Both the position numbers and the translations under genes were made by a program. DNA of 63,591 nt, counting the filler, from an uncultured Planctomycetaceae bacterium (GTDB lineage Bacteria; Planctomycetota; Planctomycetia; Planctomycetales; Planctomycetaceae): assembly GCA_963976765.1 (NCBI GenBank). It is 3 parts of 3 records of this genome, joined end to end, with 100 filler letters (N's around TTAATTAATTAA, not from the genome) between each part and the next. Parts side by side here need not be neighbours in the genome. Positions count along the whole stretch, not along the records: positions 49,960 to 63,591 come from CAXBME010000062.1; 2 more parts are not named here. One strand, written 5' to 3'. Positions 60,278 through 63,591 of this stretch are shown piece by piece. The notes beneath the pieces were generated by a model. It worked only from the letters and a program-made list of their open reading frames with translations, did not search any database and was not told the origin of the DNA. Each line of letters opens with the position of its first letter. Position 1 is the stretch's first letter.

Positions 60278-63200
60278 TTACGCAGCCTTCATCTCTGGGC
60301 TCTCGACACTCGACTCTTGACTCATTTCCAGTAGCTCGTCACTCAGACCTGACCGCAGTTTGAATTCCATGTACGCGCAATAGACGGTCGGTACGACGAA
60401 CGTCGTGAAAGGTTCGATCAGCATTCCGCCGAAGACCGGCAACGCCATCGCCCGGGCGACGTCGGCACCTCGACCCGTAGATAATAGAACCGGAATCAAC
60501 GCGCAGATGGTGGTGATCGTCGTCATGACGCAGGGACGGATGCGTTTCAGACCCGCTTCGTAGATTTCATTCCGCAGGTCATCGACGGTCGTGATCGTGC
60601 GACGTTTCAACCGCTCGTGGATATAGCTGGCCATGACGATGCCATCGTCGGCTGCCAGTCCGGCCAGCGCGATGAAGCCGACCCACACGGCGGTATTCAG
60701 TTCGACGCCCATGACCGCGATGGCGATCATGCCGCCGGCACACGAGATCGGAATGCCCGAAAACACGACCAGTGAAATCGGCAGATTCCGAAAGTGCAGA
60801 TAGTGCAGTAACAGGTTGATCAGGAAGACGGCTGGAAGAATCCACATCAGGCGTTCGTTGGCTTCGATCTGGTTTTGAAACGAACCCACCGGCTGCAGTT
60901 CGAAGTTGCCTTCGGGGAATTCGAGCGTGCCGTCTTCGCGAGCTGTCCGCAGCGACTCCATCACCGCCGCGACGGTTTCGAGGTCGCCCGCGCCACCGGA
61001 CGGCGAGAACATCACGTGAGCCACGAGTCGCGAATCCTCGCTGTTGATCGCGCCCGGCCCCCATGTCGTATCGACGCTGGCGAGGCGTTCCAGCGGGACG
61101 ACTTCTTCGGTCAGTGTGACGACGGGTATCAGCGGTAATTCTTCGATCCGCTCACGCACGTCGCGATTGAATCGGATTTGAATCGGGTAACGTTCGCGGC
61201 CTTCCACGGTGGTGGTCACATCAAGTCCGCCCAGACCGGCCGACACGATTTCGTTGACCATCATGGTGGTCATGCCGTAACGGGCGGCTTCCTGGCGATT
61301 GACTTCGAATTCGTAATACGGCTTGCCCATCACGATGTCCGGGTTGACCGTGCCGGCGTTGACCAGGTGCAGCTTCTTCAGTTGCTCGGCCACGGCCAGC
61401 GAGGCTTTCGACAGACCAGCCAGACTGTCTCCATAAATCCGCACCGCCATCGATGCTTTGATCCCCGCCTGCAGCATCACGATGCGGCCTTCAATGGGCT
61501 GCAGCGGTGAGGCCGGTGTGACTCCCGGCAGCGTGGCGACGGCGTTGATCTCGTCCCAGATTTTTCGCTCCGTCATGCCTGCACGCCACTGGTCTCGCGG
61601 CTTGAGCATCACGTAGGTTTCCACCATTGCGGCGGGAGCGGGATCAAGGGCCGAATCCACTCGACCAATCTTACCCATCACGTTTTCTACTTCGGGGATG
61701 CCTTTGATGAGCACATCCTGCGACTGCAGAATCTCCATGGCCTGATTGAAACTGGCGGCCGGATAGAGGCTGGGCATGTAGAACCACGAGCCTTCATCCA
61801 GCGCGATCCAGTCGTCTGACTTCAGGCCCGTAAAGAGATGCTTGGCCTGGATGTAGCCGGGCACCTCGTTGAGGTCTGCTCCCAGCATGGAGACGACTTT
61901 TTCGACGGGACGCAGCACGGTTGGCAGGCCGATCCACGCACCGACACCGATCACGAAGATCATCAGCGGAAACGACAGCATCAGCAGCTTGCGACGCAGA
62001 GCCAGCCGCAGCCGTCCGGCGTAAAGGAACCGCATGAAGCGACTCGCCGGGTTTTCTTCCATCGAACGAATCTTCTCACGCATCATCCACCAGCCGGCTC
62101 CGAAACCGAAAACTCCTGCCAGCAACGTGACGAGGCCAGGTTCGAGATGGGTCATCTCTGCGATGTGACCCCGCCAGACGAAGTGGCAGGTGGCCGCGGC
62201 AAGGAATCCCAAGGCCATTCCGACGAGCAGTCCAGTCCGCTTCGACGAGCGAGAGCTGTGCAGAAATATCCGGCACAACGCTGGAACGACGGTGATTGCG
62301 ACAATCAGACTGGCGGCCAGAGCAAACGTCTTGGTCCAGGCCAGCGGCGCGAACAGCTTGTAGTCACGGCCGGTGAGAAAGAACACGGGTAGAAAACTGA
62401 CGATCGTGGTGGTGACCGCAGTCATCACGGCCGGCACGACCTCCGCCGCCGCATCGCGAATGACTTCCATCCGCCGCTGTTCGTAAGCCCTTGCTTCCTG
62501 TTTCGTCTTCTTCGCCCCATCTACGGCCTCTGAACTTTTCGCTCTGGACTCTTCATCCGCCAGCGCTCCGTAGATGTTCTCCAGCACGATGATACCCATA
62601 TCGACCATCGTGCCAATCGCGATGGCGATACCGGCCAGTGACATAATATTGGCATCGACGCCGTACCACTTCATCGCGCCGAACGACATGAGCACAGCCA
62701 TCGGCAGCGTGATGGCGATGATGAAGCTCGCACGCACGTGAAGTAGAAACAGAATCACGATCACGATCGTGATGATGGTTTCCTCGCCGAGGGCCGTGGT
62801 CAGCGTGGCGATGGTTTCATCGATCAGCACCGTGCGGTCGTAGATGCCGTGAATCTGGATGCCGCCGAGTTCCGACTCCAGCGCCGCGACCTTGGCTTTG
62901 ACCCGTTCGATGACGTCTCGCGGGTTTTCGCCATACCGCATCACGACCACACCACCGACGGCTTCGCTGCCATTAAGATCGAGCGCTCCACGACGGAATG
63001 ATGGACCCACCTGAACCTGAGCCAGATCACGCACCCGCACGGGAATGCCATCGCGGGTCAGCACGACCGTGTCGTTGATCTGGTCGACAGTTTCCAGTTC
63101 GGTCCGATCCGAGCCGATGAAGCCCTTGCCCCGTACGATGAACTCCATCCCACCGGTTTCGACCGTCTTGGCACCGACATCAATATTCGAGGCTTTGACC

Positions 63201-63591
63201 GCCGAGATGACTTTGCTCAGCGGAATGTTGTGGTAGCGCAATTTGTCCGGATCGACTTCGACCTGATACTGCTTGACATAGCCGCCGACCGACGCCACTT
63301 CAGCCACGCCGTCTACAGACTGCAGTGCGTACTTGATGAAGAAGTCCTGCTTGGAACGCAGCTGGGCCAGGTCCATGCCAGGCGGTGGTTCAAGCACGTA
63401 GTAGTAAATCTGTCCCAGAGCCGTAGCGTCAGGAGCCAGTGTCGGCGTCACGCCATCCGGGAGAGTTCCGGACACTGTCGTCAATTGCTCCGCCACGCGC
63501 GAACGCGCCCAGTAGAAGTCGACCGCGTCGTCGAAGGTGACCTGGACGAAACTGAAGCCGAACATGCTCTTGCCGCGGACGTTCTTCGCGC
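60278..63591 (-). CDS. cusA: CusA/SilA-type heavy-metal RND efflux permease (5' end outside the window)
   Basis: FYWARSRV, PDATALGQIY, NIMSLAGIAIAIGTMVD, YMP, AMVET, RIRPCVMT; the frame stays open to the window end. Confidence 0.93.
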   Translation of the reverse strand, partial: AKNVRGKSMFGFSFVQVTFDDAVDFYWARSRVAEQLTTVSGTLPDGVTPTLAPDATALGQIYYYVLEPPPGMDLAQLRSKQDFFIKYALQSVDGVAEVASVGGYVKQYQVEVDPDKLRYHNIPLSKVISAVKASNIDVGAKTVETGGMEFIVRGKGFIGSDRTELETVDQINDTVVLTRDGIPVRVRDLAQVQVGPSFRRGALDLNGSEAVGGVVVMRYGENPRDVIERVKAKVAALESELGGIQIHGIYDRTVLIDETIATLTTALGEETIITIVIVILFLLHVRASFIIAITLPMAVLMSFGAMKWYGVDANIMSLAGIAIAIGTMVDMGIIVLENIYGALADEESRAKSSEAVDGAKKTKQEARAYEQRRMEVIRDAAAEVVPAVMTAVTTTIVSFLPVFFLTGRDYKLFAPLAWTKTFALAASLIVAITVVPALCRIFLHSSRSSKRTGLLVGMALGFLAAATCHFVWRGHIAEMTHLEPGLVTLLAGVFGFGAGWWMMREKIRSMEENPASRFMRFLYAGRLRLALRRKLLMLSFPLMIFVIGVGAWIGLPTVLRPVEKVVSMLGADLNEVPGYIQAKHLFTGLKSDDWIALDEGSWFYMPSLYPAASFNQAMEILQSQDVLIKGIPEVENVMGKIGRVDSALDPAPAAMVETYVMLKPRDQWRAGMTERKIWDEINAVATLPGVTPASPLQPIEGRIVMLQAGIKASMAVRIYGDSLAGLSKASLAVAEQLKKLHLVNAGTVNPDIVMGKPYYEFEVNRQEAARYGMTTMMVNEIVSAGLGGLDVTTTVEGRERYPIQIRFNRDVRERIEELPLIPVVTLTEEVVPLERLASVDTTWGPGAINSEDSRLVAHVMFSPSGGAGDLETVAAVMESLRTAREDGTLEFPEGNFELQPVGSFQNQIEANERLMWILPAVFLINLLLHYLHFRNLPISLVVFSGIPISCAGGMIAIAVMGVELNTAVWVGFIALAGLAADDGIVMASYIHERLKRRTITTVDDLRNEIYEAGLKRIRPCVMTTITTICALIPVLLSTGRGADVARAMALPVFGGMLIEPFTTFVVPTVYCAYMEFKLRSGLSDELLEMSQESSVESPEMKAA

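Overview
Planctomycete-like DNA (LEPR-XLL/'LEDRTLL' N-terminal motifs, DUF1580-like gene, about 55-60% GC by eye). It consists of three contigs joined by artificial 100-nt N/TTAATTAATTAA spacers (25980-26079, 49860-49959), so adjacency across the gaps is unproven. Contig 1 (1-25979) carries a CRISPR-independent, apparently extracytoplasmic protease-signalling locus: TPR-CHAT protease, C14 caspase-like protease, membrane Ser/Thr kinase, ECF-like sigma factor and a zinc-less anti-sigma, interleaved with surface proteins and two PDZ-like secreted proteins that share a C-terminal motif. A TTAA-N15/16-CGTC promoter-like motif precedes four of the secreted-protein genes. Contig 2 (26080-49859) is bounded by the same 49-bp IS end in inverted orientation. 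It holds a RedB/hybrid kinase/HD-GYP operon, an RTX-repeat protein, an IS630, tRNA-Lys(CTT) and a 10.8-kb element integrated at that tRNA. The element looks like an undescribed phage satellite: integrase, Xis-like genes, DnaB-N/AAA replicase, a lambda cosQ-like site, its own major capsid and HK97 gp10-like proteins but no terminase or portal, a second recombinase fused to a winged helix, and a HEPN-like pair. Contig 3 (49960-63591) has a PIN nuclease, a BON protein, glgX and a CusA-type copper/silver efflux cluster with YHS/TRASH-like proteins and two tiny lipoproteins not called correctly by the ORF track. All family calls come from motifs read by eye; no searches were run.
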